Origin: Euprymna scolopes | Lineage: Eukaryota | Assembly (NCBI GenBank): GCA_053919585.1 | Contig: CM132791.1 | DNA: 64,000 nt | Direction: 5' to 3' (one strand) | In this document: positions 49,961-63,221 of the stretch, one piece after another | Layout of the letters: the number at the start of each line of letters is the position of its first letter | How positions within the stretch are numbered: position 1 is the stretch's first letter | The notes under the pieces: model-generated | What the model saw: the letters and a program-made list of their open reading frames with translations, nothing else | Told to the model about the DNA's origin: nothing | The model's database searches: none | Program-made: the position numbers and the translations under genes

Positions 49961-51189
49961 ATCCTCCTAGAAAAATAAATAAATCAAAACAACAAACTTT
50001 TCTTTCAATCAAAATAGCAACGCCAGCCCGTACGACCGCAAAAAAATAAATAATATAAAAATAAATAAAATAAAAATAATATAAAAATAAATAAAATAAA
50101 AATAATATATAAATGAATAAAATAAAAATAAGCCGCGCTAAAAGTTACTGGCAAATGCTTTTATCCATCGGATCCCGACGACTTATGACGTAATTACTCT
50201 GCAAAATAACGTTTTTGAACATAGTTCCAATTTGATAAGCTTGCGTAAATTGTGAAAATCGCGTCTCAAAATGTTACCGTTCTTGCAAGAAATGGTCATG
50301 TTTATAATCAAAGAATTAATCTTAGTTTTTTTCTAAGTTTCATATATTATGGCCTGAAACAGATGACACCCGTTTCGACCCGGTCAAATACGGTTAACAA
50401 AAGTTTTTAGTGGACATACGAACACACGCACACGCAAACGCACAAACAAACCAACGTTTGAGATTATATAATATATAAACAAGCGCAAAAGGCTACACCG
50501 TTGATAAAAAACTAAATTGTGATGAATGGAAATGACGTACAACAAAAAGATATATGAAAACATCAAGTAGATTTATTTTTAAACATGAAATGAATTACAA
50601 ATAATTTAAGTACTGCACTGCATGAGTCATTAATATTAATTAGTTTTTTCAGTATTAATCTAAACGAGTCCTAAGTTTATTTAACTGATCATTAAAATAT
50701 TGTTTATCAAAAGAGGAAAAGAAAAATACATGTTTTTCTCCTGATTACGGCTTTTACTGAGGTTTTGGATATAATGTATGTAAAGAGATATACTCGGTGT
50801 GAACTAATTATTCGTTTGTAAATTTAATTGCTACAGTAAGTATTTGCATAAATCGTTACAGCATTTGAGACAATTAAATCACCATGTCTATGTGAGTTAA
50901 ATATTAATTTGAAATAATTTGGATAAATAATGGCACATCAAAAATTTATTAACTCTGTACTCACATTTAGATGTGATATTTGTGAATACATTTTTTCCGA
51001 ATNNNNNNNNNNNNNNNNNNNNNNNNNNNNNNNNNNNNNNNNNNNNNNNNNNNNNNNNNNNNNNNNNNNNNNNNNNNNNNNNNNNNNNNNNNNNNNNNNN
51101 NNNNNNNNNNNNNNNNNNNNNNNNNNNNNNNNNNNNNNNNNNNNNNNNNNNNNNNNNNNNNNNNNNCAATAACTTTGTCCATTTTCAAT

Positions 51190-51521
51190 CTACAAAAATC
51201 TACTCGAAATTTTATATACAGGGTACTGAGATTTGCGAAAATCGATGTGATCGGTTTTCGGCCAAAATTTTGGCTGTAACGGGGTCAAAATTAAACGATT
51301 TTACCTTTGAGAACTCTACCAAACTCCTCCACCAATATGGGGTCTAAACACTTGAACTTTTAGATATATGTTCCTTGAACATGCACCTAACTTAATAACT
51401 TGATTTGAATCCAGAACAATAAATGTTAAGGGGTAAAAATAGGGATAAAATATTTTAAAATTGACCTTTTCTTTTTTTTTTTTTTTTGCTCACTACACAC
51501 CTCCAAACCCCTGGACAACGC
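51190..51521 (-). mobile_element. Helentron/Helitron-type non-autonomous element, same family as 26975
   Basis: Minus strand gcgttgtccaggggtttggaggtgtg...attggtggaggagtttggtaga matches 26995-27195. Confidence 0.6.
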
Positions 51522-52257
51522 NNNNNNNNNNNNNNNNNNNNNNNNNNNNNNNNNNNNNNNNNNNNNNNNNNNNNNNNNNNNNNNNNNNNNNNNNNNNNNN
51601 NNNNNNNNNNNNNNNNNNNNNNNNNNNNNNNNNNNNNNNNNNNNNNNNNNNNNNNNNNNNNNNNNTTAATACCAAACAAGGTGAATAGGGTTCACAGTTT
51701 ATTGGACGTTAGCATTCAGAACTGTATAATAAACCACATCAATGAACACCTGTTATGAATTTATATCACGCGAAGTTCTGACTACTACTCTGATTTCTCT
51801 CAACGAATCCGATATAACATGAAAAAAAAAGTATAAAATCGTGTGAAAAATCAAAATATTTACTGACGACATGAGACTTGATTCGGTCAAGATACACTTT
51901 ATAGGACACTCAAAATGCGGGAATAAATGTTTAGTATCGGACAAAAGGTAAAAACCGTGAGTCTTAAGTATCGTCATTCTCAGAACTATAGAACAGATAT
52001 TCTTTGAAGTATTTCCATTATAAGAACCTTCAAATCCCAAGATGTGCTAAAATCAATTAGACTAGCAGGTCTATAATAAAATGTATAATTTTCAGATATT
52101 GAATTACATAGGAAAAAAGTTCAATGTATTCATCTCACTGTTTATCATTTATTTTAAACTGTTTTCTGTAATTTATTTATTTTCATGGATATCACAAATG
52201 CCGAGGATATTCGGTATAGTACGTTAAATATTAGAATATGATCTATCTGATGAGAAA

Positions 52258-52311
<54 letters not shown>

Positions 52312-52472
52312 TATATATATATATTATTAATTAAATACGTTTATAAATAATTCTGTTAGATAAAAAATATAATGAGATTGTTTAAGATTCATTTAAGAAC
52401 ATATAAGTGGGACATAGTGATGAAAACTCAAAACTTCTGCATACAAATGCGTTTGGAATCCACTAGTATTAA

Positions 52473-52473
<1 letters not shown>

Positions 52474-52527
<54 letters not shown>

Positions 52528-52593
52528 GGTTGGTGAAAAAATAATATTTTTGACATAAAATTGAATGTGAAAACCATTTTTTGCACCAACATG

Positions 52594-52664
<71 letters not shown>
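52474..52664 (+). repeat. (TAA)n microsatellites (two runs)
   Basis: Direct reading. Confidence 0.95.
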
Positions 52665-52665
<1 letters not shown>

Positions 52666-53450
52666 CGAAAGAGAACTAGTTTGTATAGAAGAAAATAAAA
52701 ACAGAATTAGAAAAATAATTAACGCAAAACACGGAAAGGATAATCATGGCAGCGAGAGACAAAGAAAAACCCCGACAAAACAGACAACAGTGAGACATAG
52801 GATAAAACGAGAATAAATATTGAAAGAAAAACAATTACATGGAAGATTCATAAGGATGACAAAAGAGGGGAATAGCGAAAAAACTTAGACATAGATGCGA
52901 AAAGGACACATAAACCGAAAAACTGAATCCTTAATAACCACAGCACAAGATAACTCGACAAGAACCAACCACACCAAAGCAAGGATCTACAAAACACAAG
53001 AAAACAGCAAATGTAAACTCTCTGGACAAAGAGACAAAACGATAAACCATACTACTTAATAAGACGAACCACACTTAGTAAGTGAATGCAGTAAATTGCC
53101 CCAAAGGAAATACAAGAACAGACACGACCAAGTGGGAAGGATAGTAAACTGGAAATTATGCAAACAACTACATTTCGAACGCAAAAACAATAAGCATAAG
53201 CCGGCGACAGTACTTCAAAACGAGAATCACTAAGTCATACGGGACATGAACATACAAACTGATAAACCCATACAAGCAAGAAGACCGGGCGTTGTAATAA
53301 TTAACCAGGAAGATAAATTCTGTAAAATCGTAGACTTTGCTGTTTCAGCTGACCACATAGTGAAATACACAGAGCTAGCCAGAGATCTGAAAAGGATATG
53401 GGATTTGAAGAAAATAAAAATAATACCTATAATAGTAAGAGCACTAGGAC
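52665..53450 (+). mobile_element. R4/Dong-clade (restriction-like endonuclease) LINE fragment
   Basis: KQLHGRF, TESLITTAQD, SECSKL...YKNRHDQV, DMNIQTDKPIQARRPGVV, IVDFAV, KYTELARDL; abuts (TAA)n. Confidence 0.85.
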
Positions 53451-54488
53451 TAATTTGCGTAGTTAATTTTCTGATGTCTAAATGATTTTATTATAAAAGT
53501 TATACATATGAATAGAGGACGTTTATAAATATATTATTTTTCAGTTGAATCCATTTTAAATTTTAATTTAAATAAGTAAGCATATTTATCGAGTTTTTAC
53601 AATATAATGCGCTGTGATATAATTATATTTTGCTGACATTTTTTCATATCATAGATGAAAATTGTGTACTTTTTTATATTTATATTCATATGCATATGCT
53701 CCCTGTTAAACTAATAATATACATAATTAATACGATTATTATCACATTAAAACTAATTAAATCGAATAATGTATTTCTTTGACTATAATTTGTATTGAGT
53801 TAATTTTTGGTACATACTCCAACAAAGAGGCATGCAAGTTATTTAAACATATTTAGTACTGTAATGATAACTTGGAATTCATAACTGGACAGATAGCGTT
53901 AGGTCGGAAGTAAATTAGTTTCTGTCGTATTATTTTTTTATCTGTTTGTAATTACATTGTAACTAATTCTACTACTAAGAAATAACACACACGCCGGTAA
54001 TGAAGCAAATACAACAACACACACACAAAAAAAAACAATACAATCATCCATGTGTGATATCAATATCCTGGTGTCAATCACCATTGTATACTATGCATAC
54101 ATGCATATATAAAACGGTTAACACATCCGAATGGAGACACTTTCATTTTTTTTTTTAAACAACTCAGTTAATTTTACTGAGGTAATCAAAAACTTTTAAG
54201 TGATCATTGTACCGAAAGTAATGCAACACGTGTCATACACAATGTACAGCGTTTCTGTCTATCCTTTCGGGTGAGTGAATAGAGAACAGAAGGAGGAAAT
54301 ACAACTTTCGTTCATAGACTATTTATTAATATAAATATGGCTTTAATTTGCATATTAAGTCGACGACGCTGTGAAAAAGAATGAAGGCAAAATCACGAGG
54401 CAGTCGTCTTTTTGGGACAACTGAGAAAGAAAGTATAAACAGTCGATGAAGATGTCAGTTGAAGTCGGTTGTTGTAAGAAAGAGTTTA

Positions 54489-54542
<54 letters not shown>

Positions 54543-55200
54543 CGGCTCACATGGAGCTTTCACACAAGTCAGCAAACGATCTGATTGGAGACCTGTGGTG
54601 TTCTCTGGATGCTGGGTGACAACAAGTCTCCCCAGACGTCCAGCTCTCTCCTCCTCCTTCGATAGCATTTGCAAATAAATTTGCATCATCGCAACAGCCT
54701 CTTATCATTGATTTCTCGCTGGCAGTGGCCATTGGTTTATACTGGAATTTGAGTGGCACAAAGCCTCCTTAAGATTCAAGTTCTCTTCGCACTTGTCCAG
54801 CGGAGGTCTGGCCAGTGCTCCCTCCTCAGTCTTTCCATCCTCCTTGACCCTTCTCGGCTCTTTGGTATCATTTTTCTATTGGGGGGACGGTGATGAAATA
54901 ATGGAGAGATGCATGAAGGGGGGTGTAAAACATGTAGATCTGCAGCTTCAGTGTTCTTCATTCCCTGTAACACTTCTTCGTTATATTGTCTTGTGTTATT
55001 GTCCGCATTCAAGGAGTTTCCTTAATATTTCAGCCGTTTTCCTTATTGTTAGATGTTGTATTTTTGCAGCTATTCCTCTGATTCTAATTTCTGACATTCT
55101 TTTTTCCAGGTTTTTAGGGATTGTTCCTAGTGCTCCTACTATTATCGGTACTATGCTGATTTTCTTCATCATCCAAATCCCTTGTAAGTCTCTGGCTAGT
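54543..55200 (-). mobile_element. R4/Dong-clade LINE 3' end with 3' UTR
   Basis: LARDLQGIW...IVPIIVGALGTIPKNLE...TAEILRKLL; (ATA)n-type runs on both sides (54489-54542, 55205-55255). Confidence 0.8.
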
Positions 55201-58200
55201 TTAGTATTATTATTATTATTATTATTATTAGTAGTAGTAGTAGTAGTAGTAGTATTTATTTTTTAATCTCCGTTTCATTCGCTCATTCATAACGTCATAC
55301 TAGCCTCGTCTTTACCATGAAGTGCCTATTTACAATGTCTCCCCACGGGACAGAATTAGACACCAGGAAAAAAGGAACAAAAATTAAAAATTGTCTCAGT
55401 CGTGGCGGACCTCTCCTACTCTGACAGAGAACAAGAAAGCGAAGTGCAGCATCTGACGAACAGATACTACACTGTGATCTCGGACGTAATCGCCTTTATT
55501 TTTTGGGTTTTGATCAGCACGATAAGAACTAGTCTCCTTTTTGTAAATAACAAACGGCAATTATCCCTTTATGTGCCGTCATCTCCTCTCTCGTAAACGT
55601 ATCTTCATCTTTTTAATAGCAACTCTGCTAAACGTTATTAATAAGAAAAAGGAAACAAATCATTTGGGTTTTACTAATATTTAGAGATTCACTTATCCCT
55701 TAATATAATACATATACAAGCTGGGACATCTGATGTTTACCGGGAATGTATAGGGATCAACGAAGGTTCCTCAGTTTTAATACTCTGCCATTTTTAATCA
55801 AATGAATTTACTGATTGTTCTAGTCACGGCCTTACTGTGGTGCGCCGAATTGGAAGTGATCATGCCCGTTCGCAGTGACATAATCGATGATACATTACAT
55901 TCTAGCTTACACTGGATAAAACCTACTGTTGATTTTCTAAAAAAGATTGTTTTTATACTGGCTTTAATAAAAGTTACAAAAACAAAAATCAAGCATGATT
56001 TTTTAATTGTTCTCCAAACAGAAACATTCGGTTCGAATGCGCCCATATTTTATCTTTACGACGGAATCTTTTGGTTGATAAGTAAGAAAACATCGTCATT
56101 AGTTGTATAAACATTGGTAAATATCAGACTGACCCTTCATAAACAACTTTTTCAATGTTCGATACTTTTCGGAACCACTCAGAAATAAAATAAAATCTAT
56201 TTATGAATATTAAAAAAAATATATGTGAAATTAAAAAGAAAGGCTATAGGTAATTGACACAGATGTTATATATTAGTAGTGATACACATATATAAATCTA
56301 ACTAATGCCACGTGTGAAAAGAGTTAACTTTTTTTCAGGAAATAAACTTCCTTTTTCTGCGGACTCAATTAAAATATATTCAATCTGCTTATCAATAACG
56401 TCACACAGGTTACTTTAGTTCAGTAATAGTGTATCTAGTGCTTTAACTTAACATATATATATCTTACATTAAAACGTATTATTGAAACATTATTTCGACT
56501 AAGCCGCGTCTAAATATCTCTGGACTAAACCAAAAATGCACGTTTTCAGCTTGCGTAGTTTTATTACCACTACTCCTTTCATGCCTCTACAGGCAATCTG
56601 TTTTATGATGTTTCTATATGTCCAGCTTATATATAATTCTTATATTTGTGTTAAAACTTTTAGCTGTAAAGTATGCCATTTTCTCTGAACTCAGATTGAC
56701 TCGAGCTCCACGAATATATGCTGTTACACGGCCACATCGATTGTAAATATATTCCGTTTTACTTAAGAAAAATTTGGAACAAAAACATATAGTACAATAT
56801 GCAGTTTACTGCTTGCAATCACAAAATAACACATCTGATTAGCATTCTATTTCTACCGCTTGATTTAACTGTCCATTTTTATATTTCTCTCTCTCTCTCT
56901 CTCTCTCTCATTTAGAAAATTTTTTCATTTCAACAATAGTTACTTATCAGTTACTCTAAAATACATTTGTTATATTTATATGAATATTTTCATAATCTCT
57001 ATTTTAAGCGATCAAGCAGTTGGACTCACAACATTCCTCATCTATTTCTTTTCTTTTCTTATTTCTTTATTTTTTCGAGAAGCATTCGAGTGGACATAAG
57101 AAAAAATGTAGAGATACAACATATCGACTCCGAGAAAAGGGATCATTCATACATACCAGTAACTGCCATATATACATATAACTAGTGGTTATGTTTTTTT
57201 ATAAGTGTCTTTCTTTGCAAGACTTCATGTTAAAAACAACCGCCCCTAAAAAAAATATACTAAATGTATGTCTACTTTAGCTGGTGTGCTAAACTGGCAG
57301 GATGTTTGTTTGTCTAGTTGTAAAAGAACGCTATATAAAATGTATCGGTTTGCTTGTGAACTGTGTAATTGAATATATACATACAACCGCTTCCTTATTG
57401 AATATTGCACGTTATTTAGCTGAACATTTTATACACATAAGTATATAATATAAACGTTTTGATTATCGATACAACACATACGTTTATTAAACACTAGAGA
57501 TACGCGAACCATACGTACAAAAAATAGGGAAGTTATAACAACTAGACGACACATGAGCTGAAACATACAAAACACACTACGTACAGACCTCGGCTAAAGA
57601 GCCTGTTCTTATAAAAACATGGTGTTTTACTTGTTTACGTAAACAAATATCATACGCGCACACGTAACATATTCACTATTTGCGCACACGCATGCATAAA
57701 TATGCAATCAAACTAATAATTACCCATGCTTGGCAACATATATAGATTCACACAACCTCACAAACACACACACGTCTACTATAACTGACAGAATGCACAA
57801 AAGTGTACTAAATGGCAGCGCCTATATAATAATACTGACGATCTTTTTAGTATTTACTTCTATACTCATTTGATTGGATCTTTGTTGCTTAGAATAGAAT
57901 ATGATACAAAAGGCAGCTATTATGTTATAATAGTTATTTATATTTTCTCTTTTTTATGATTATGTTTTCATTTTTACTTATTTGTTTCAATGAAATGTTA
58001 TTGTTAGTGCGCTCGCCGCCAGCGTCAGTTTCCTTTTCCGTGTGCTAAGCAAACGTTGGCACGGAACAAAACACGCTGTCGGCTTTCCTAGATATAATAA
58101 GGGCCATCGGCATTTCCGAGATTCGTCTTGCTTGCGTATTAAAGTAAAAAAAGTATCAATTATATGAAGAAGAGTCGAACTTTTGCCTGCTCATATGACT

Positions 58201-58285
58201 ATGTGTATGAGTAATCCTGTCAATTTTACTATTACCTACTGTCATATACGTACATATACGCGTATATATATATACGCCCCCCCAC

Positions 58286-58349
<64 letters not shown>

Positions 58350-59397
58350 GCATGTATATAACTGCAGACACAAGTGTACTGATCAGTGTATGAAGTGACG
58401 GTTGCCGCACGAACAATCGAACAATCCACAAAGCCATCATGTTCTCTTAGAAACGAACATTTCACTTGCTCCTACGTCAACCGCCAAGATTTATTAAAGG
58501 ACATTAAACATTTAGAAGAATAATACAGACATTGCGTCGATCTGAATTAATCAAGAGTCCTGAAATAGTGATCACACATGTAGTTTAACAGATGCTTCTG
58601 CAGTTTAATTACCCCCTCCTCCCCAATGTAAACAGAATTTGTTGTGAAATGGTAAATATCGACGCGTTACTTACGGAAAAATGGTTAATTAAACTGCAGA
58701 ATGCATCCCCCAAAAGAACGAAAAACCTAAAAATGTTGAAGTGCTCATGCTTTTGCAAACCGCTCGTGACAACTTGCTTTGTTAATAAATTTTAAAAAAG
58801 CATTAATAACAAGGTAAGACGAAAGAAAATGAACCACATTTTTAACTTTCTTATTTTACAAATTCCTACGCGATATGATATGACACATCACTACGCCCCT
58901 TCGCTCGCTAACGTATCATGTAAGGCGGTGAAATGGCCCAAAATTATCCCAAGGGCTAGGGGTTCATACGATGCAAACGGTAAATTTGTGGCGGGTTTGA
59001 TTATCAGATTCGTTGTCAGTGACCTCGAATACCCCTAAAAAACAAATTAGATCAGTGTTCTGTTTTGGCGTAAGGTAACATTTACCTTTTAATCAAACAA
59101 ATATCAAACAAATATCAAACAAATATCAAACAAATATAAAACATTCAATGCTAAAATTTTACTCTGGTTTCATTGAAGATTGCGTTTAATTGTATGGCGA
59201 CGGGTCTTGCTTAAATGATAACGCTATTTGTATTGTATGTATGCGTGTTTGTGTGTGTCTGTGTGTAGGACACTGTCAGGGGATAGCGTCTAGAACGCAT
59301 AACTTACTCTAAAAATAAAAATATATTTTAAATGTATTTCGTATACTTTAAACATAGATTAAAGGATGCGTCTAAAAAACGTAATTAGTAAAAATAG

Positions 59398-59874
59398 TGT
59401 AGCGGAATTGACAATAATCGAAATTGCGGAAATAAAGAGCTTACCTCGGATACGTCTGCTGTTGTGTTGCGGGCCGAGGGGAAGTGAGTGGAAGAGAGTT
59501 CCAAGATGGCGTCTGTGGGTTTTTATTGGCGTTGATCCGATGCAATTTTCGCAGAATCGTGTGTGCTCTCGCGCGATTATACAAATATATAATTCCCGGC
59601 TGCTATAAAGGCAGGGCGCTGGGAAGCAGTCAGGCAGTGTCCTGCAGATTGTGTGTAGGTAGTTCTGGCGGTTGGATTGTTCTTTGTGACGAAACATGAA
59701 TCTGAGAGAAGCGAGTTTTCGTCTGCCTTTTTTCTATCTCCTTCTTCTTTCTCTCCTTCCTCTTTCTCTACGGACATTACAGCCTAGAAATACCTCTCTT
59801 CTAGAAGTGGGCAGTGTAGACCGAAACTGACTATTTCCTTTGTTCCTAATTTTTGCCTACTACATTTTGCTACA
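59398..59874 (+). repeat. 5' LTR
   Basis: Diverged direct repeat of 62798-63221. Confidence 0.9.
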
Positions 59875-62797
59875 AGCTATTTCGGGTCGACTATGGCGAG
59901 GGTGCGGATAAGCAGTGATATCCTCAAGCCGTTCTCTGCCGAGGGTGATGGTGTAACGTGGCTGAAAAAGTGAGTTGTCGCAGAATTTCAGCAGGTGGAT
60001 GATATAGCGAGTCTGCTTCCTTTATATCTGGAAGGTGATACACTGACCCTCTACATGGTAATGGAGGACGACAGGCATCCATGTTGACATGACGCGATGT
60101 TTGACGCTTATTGACAAATGATGCTCTAGAAAGATTTTACATGCATACCGGTGCCGGTCTATGAGAAGAACAAACGTGAATGTCGAAACGATTGGTGGAA
60201 TATCCTATCCGTGCTGCGGTATTGGAGCGGTCTCTGTATCAACTGATGAAGGTGTTTCTGCAGAATCGATGTGTTGCTGGTGCGTGCCAAACCGCTCGGG
60301 TTTGACTTACTTCTAGGGATCGATGCAATAAAAGCTCTGGGAGGTGTCATTGTCGAGCCTACATTTTGACCATCAAAGCCGAACGTGGACCGCATCGTGG
60401 AAGTGGTCTGAGGACCACTCCCCTGAAAGGCTACACAATCGAGTGTCAGCCTACCCAGTGCCGTCAAAAATCGGTGAAGAATACATGCAGGAGCTCCGCA
60501 CCTGGATAGATAATGGTTGGCTCGTACCGTACCCAGAGGATAAATTGGGACCCCCCAAAGGCCTAATTCCCCTGATGGCTGTGATACTGCAGAACAAAGC
60601 CAAAGTGCGCTTGGTGATGGACTACCGGGAGCTAAATCATTACGTAGACGCCTTTACGGCCAACGCAGATGTTTGTGTGGCTAAGCTGCGCGAATGGAGA
60701 CAAATAGGTGGTAAAGTGTCTCTACTGGACCTCAGGAGAGCAGACCTAAAAGTACAAGTCCATGAGACGCTGTGGTCATACCAAACTGTGGAAATCGACG
60801 GGGAAAAATACTGTCTGACCCGTTTGAGGTTCGGCTTGAATGTTGCTCGCTGATAATGAGAGCAATTGACAGCGAAGTATTATCTCAGGAAGAAGATGTA
60901 GGCCGCGCAGCATCTACTTACATTGATGACATTTTTGTCAATGGTGCCCGCGACCTGCGTAAGAGAACACCTAGCGTAGTTAGGGTTGGAGTGCAAGAAC
61001 CCGGAGCGGTTGAAGGACTGTGCACAGGTGTTGGGATTGGCGCTCGGGATGGAACGTAGTGAACTGCGGTGGAAGCGAGGAAATGCAATTCCAGCGGCTC
61101 TCAGTATTGTTATGCGACGAACAATGTTCTCCCTGTGTGGTCTACTTGTCGGGCACTTTCCGGTGTGCAGCTGGTTCGTGTGGCTTGTGGAATACTCAGA
61201 AGGAGAGTAAGTTCGGTAACAAAGGGTTGAGATGATGAAACGAGGGATTCCGTACTGCAGCGTATGATGTTCGAGACCGTAGAATATGTACAGCAGGACG
61301 TACGGCCGGGAAAGTTTGTGTGTGAACGGCAAAGAGCTGAATGTATGGGTCGATGCTAGCTCCCTGGTAATAGATGCAGTCTTGGACACGCGTGAAACTG
61401 TGTTGGAAGACGCATGTTGGCTGCGACCTGAAGATGACTCTCAGCCCATCAACTTAGCTGAAGTGGACGCCGTATTGAAAGGCACCATTTTGCCCTTCAG
61501 TGGCAGGGCAAGGTGGTACACATAAAGACAGATTATGTCTGCGTATACTATTGGGTCTCGGGAACGCTAACTGGAAAGGCGCGAGTACGCACAGAAGCAG
61601 CAAGCGGGATGCTTATTAGGAGGCAACTAAGCACTCTCAAGGATCTCGTGAAAGAGTACAGGCTGACAGTGGAGGTGGCGCTGGTTCCATCAGCACGAAG
61701 CATCGCTGACCGATTGACACGAGTACCAAAGCGGTGGTTTGAGGCGATAAAAAAGAAAAACGGGCTTGGCCCGGCAATTGGCGCGGTTCACATAGACGAG
61801 TTGAATGAGAGTGAAATCATAGCTATTCACAAAGATAATGGGCATCCGGGGATGCGACGCACTACCTACTTAGTCAGGAAAATTTGTCCCAACCACGACA
61901 AAAGCAACCGTTAAAACGGTCATATGGAAATGTGAGGAATGTCACTCCATTGACACAGCGCCGGTCAAGTTGGAAAAGGGAAAGCTGGAAGTGAACGAGA
62001 ATTGGCAGAGAATTGGAATGGATATCACGCATTATGGCACCTTCCTTTTTTTAAATATGACAGACTGTGGTCCATCGCGTTTCCCTATTTGGAGGATATT
62101 GGCGGGACAGGACTCGGCAAGCGTGATTTGTCAGTTGGGGGCAGTGTTCCTCGAACGTCGCTCGCCGCATGAAATCCTTTTAGACAATGACACGGCTTTC
62201 TGCAGCAAAGTGTTCACTTGCGATTCTATTGTGTATACGCTCCAGCCGAGAATGGCATAGAAGAGCGATATCAACGTACAGCGAAACGAATAGTGGCTAG
62301 AATGCGCTGACCCATACAGGACGCTGTCTACTGGTATAACATAACACCAAGAGACGACATATTTCACTGCGCCTCCCAAGAGAGTTTATCGGTACGAAGT
62401 TCGAGTAAACGAGACCAACCTCGCAAATGCGCCACAGGTCCCAAAGAACAGCTTTTACCAGGTTGGAGATCGCGTGTGGGTAAAAGACCGCAAAATCGAT
62501 ATACTATGAGGTTCGGTAATGGTGCGGTGATCAAGGTAATCAACTCTGAATCGATTTTGGTGGACGGTGTGCCTCGCCACGTGAAGGATCTGCGACCTCG
62601 CCATTATGGTGTTACATCGGAGGAAGAGGAAGAGGAAGACAGTATGATGTCTTCCGAAAAGAAAGAGAGTATGATGCAGGACGAAATGCACATACTGATG
62701 AAGCGAAAGAACCACCCCCTTTCCTTTACGAAGGAGCACCAGACAAAAACGCCCGTCACCAGACTGCCATCCTTGTGATTATGAGATCCGGAGAGAG

Positions 62798-63221
62798 TGT
62801 AGCTTAATTGGCAATAACCGAAATTGGGGAGGGGATAAAGAGCTTACCTCGGATACGTCTGTTGCGGGCCGAGGGGAAGAGAGTAGAAGACAGTCCCATG
62901 TAATTTTCGCAGAATCGCGTGTGCTTTTGCGCGATTATGCAAATATATAATTCCCGGCCGATATAAAGGCAGGACGCTGGGAAACAGTCATGCAGTGTCC
63001 TGCAGATTGTGTGTAGGTAGTTCTGGCGGTTGAATTTTTCTTTGGGACGAACCACGAATCTGTGAGAAGCGAGTTTTCTTCTGCCTTTTTTCTGTTTCCT
63101 TCTTCTTTCTCTACGGTCGTTACAACCAAGAAAGCCCTCTCTTCTAGAGGTGGGCGATGCAGGGCGAAACTGGCTATTTCCTGTCTTTGTTCGTGATTTT
63201 TGCCTACTACATTTTGCTACA
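62798..63221 (+). repeat. 3' LTR
   Basis: Diverged direct repeat of 59398-59874, with small deletions. Confidence 0.9.

Larger units (their letters stand above)
59398..63221 (+). mobile_element. Decayed compact Gypsy-type LTR retrotransposon
   Basis: LTRs TGTAGC...GCTACA; gag start MARVRISSDILKPF at 59893; RT VMDYRELN/YIDDI; RNase H WVDAS; integrase GHPG, GMDITH, LLDNDTAF; PPT ggagagag; imperfect TSD aatag/aatat. Confidence 0.9.

Noticed and set aside
404-51665. Nine N-runs of about 130-180 bp as hidden exons or a regular array
   Set aside because: Flanks lack splice signals, and several gaps cut through TE termini next to (TA)n, consistent with assembly gaps. ORFs spanning them are artefacts.
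52245-52260. CTGATGA-GAAA hammerhead core
   Set aside because: There is no stem II or flanking stems. Other isolated CTGANGA hits (e.g. 35154, 43155, 60244) lie in coding remnants.
55798-56110. Overlapping 82- and 102-aa ORFs as a host exon
   Set aside because: No recognisable domain and only weak splice signals.
1688-58465. Many ORFs with YIYIYI, CVCVCV, ERERE or IIIII runs
   Set aside because: They are translations of microsatellites.
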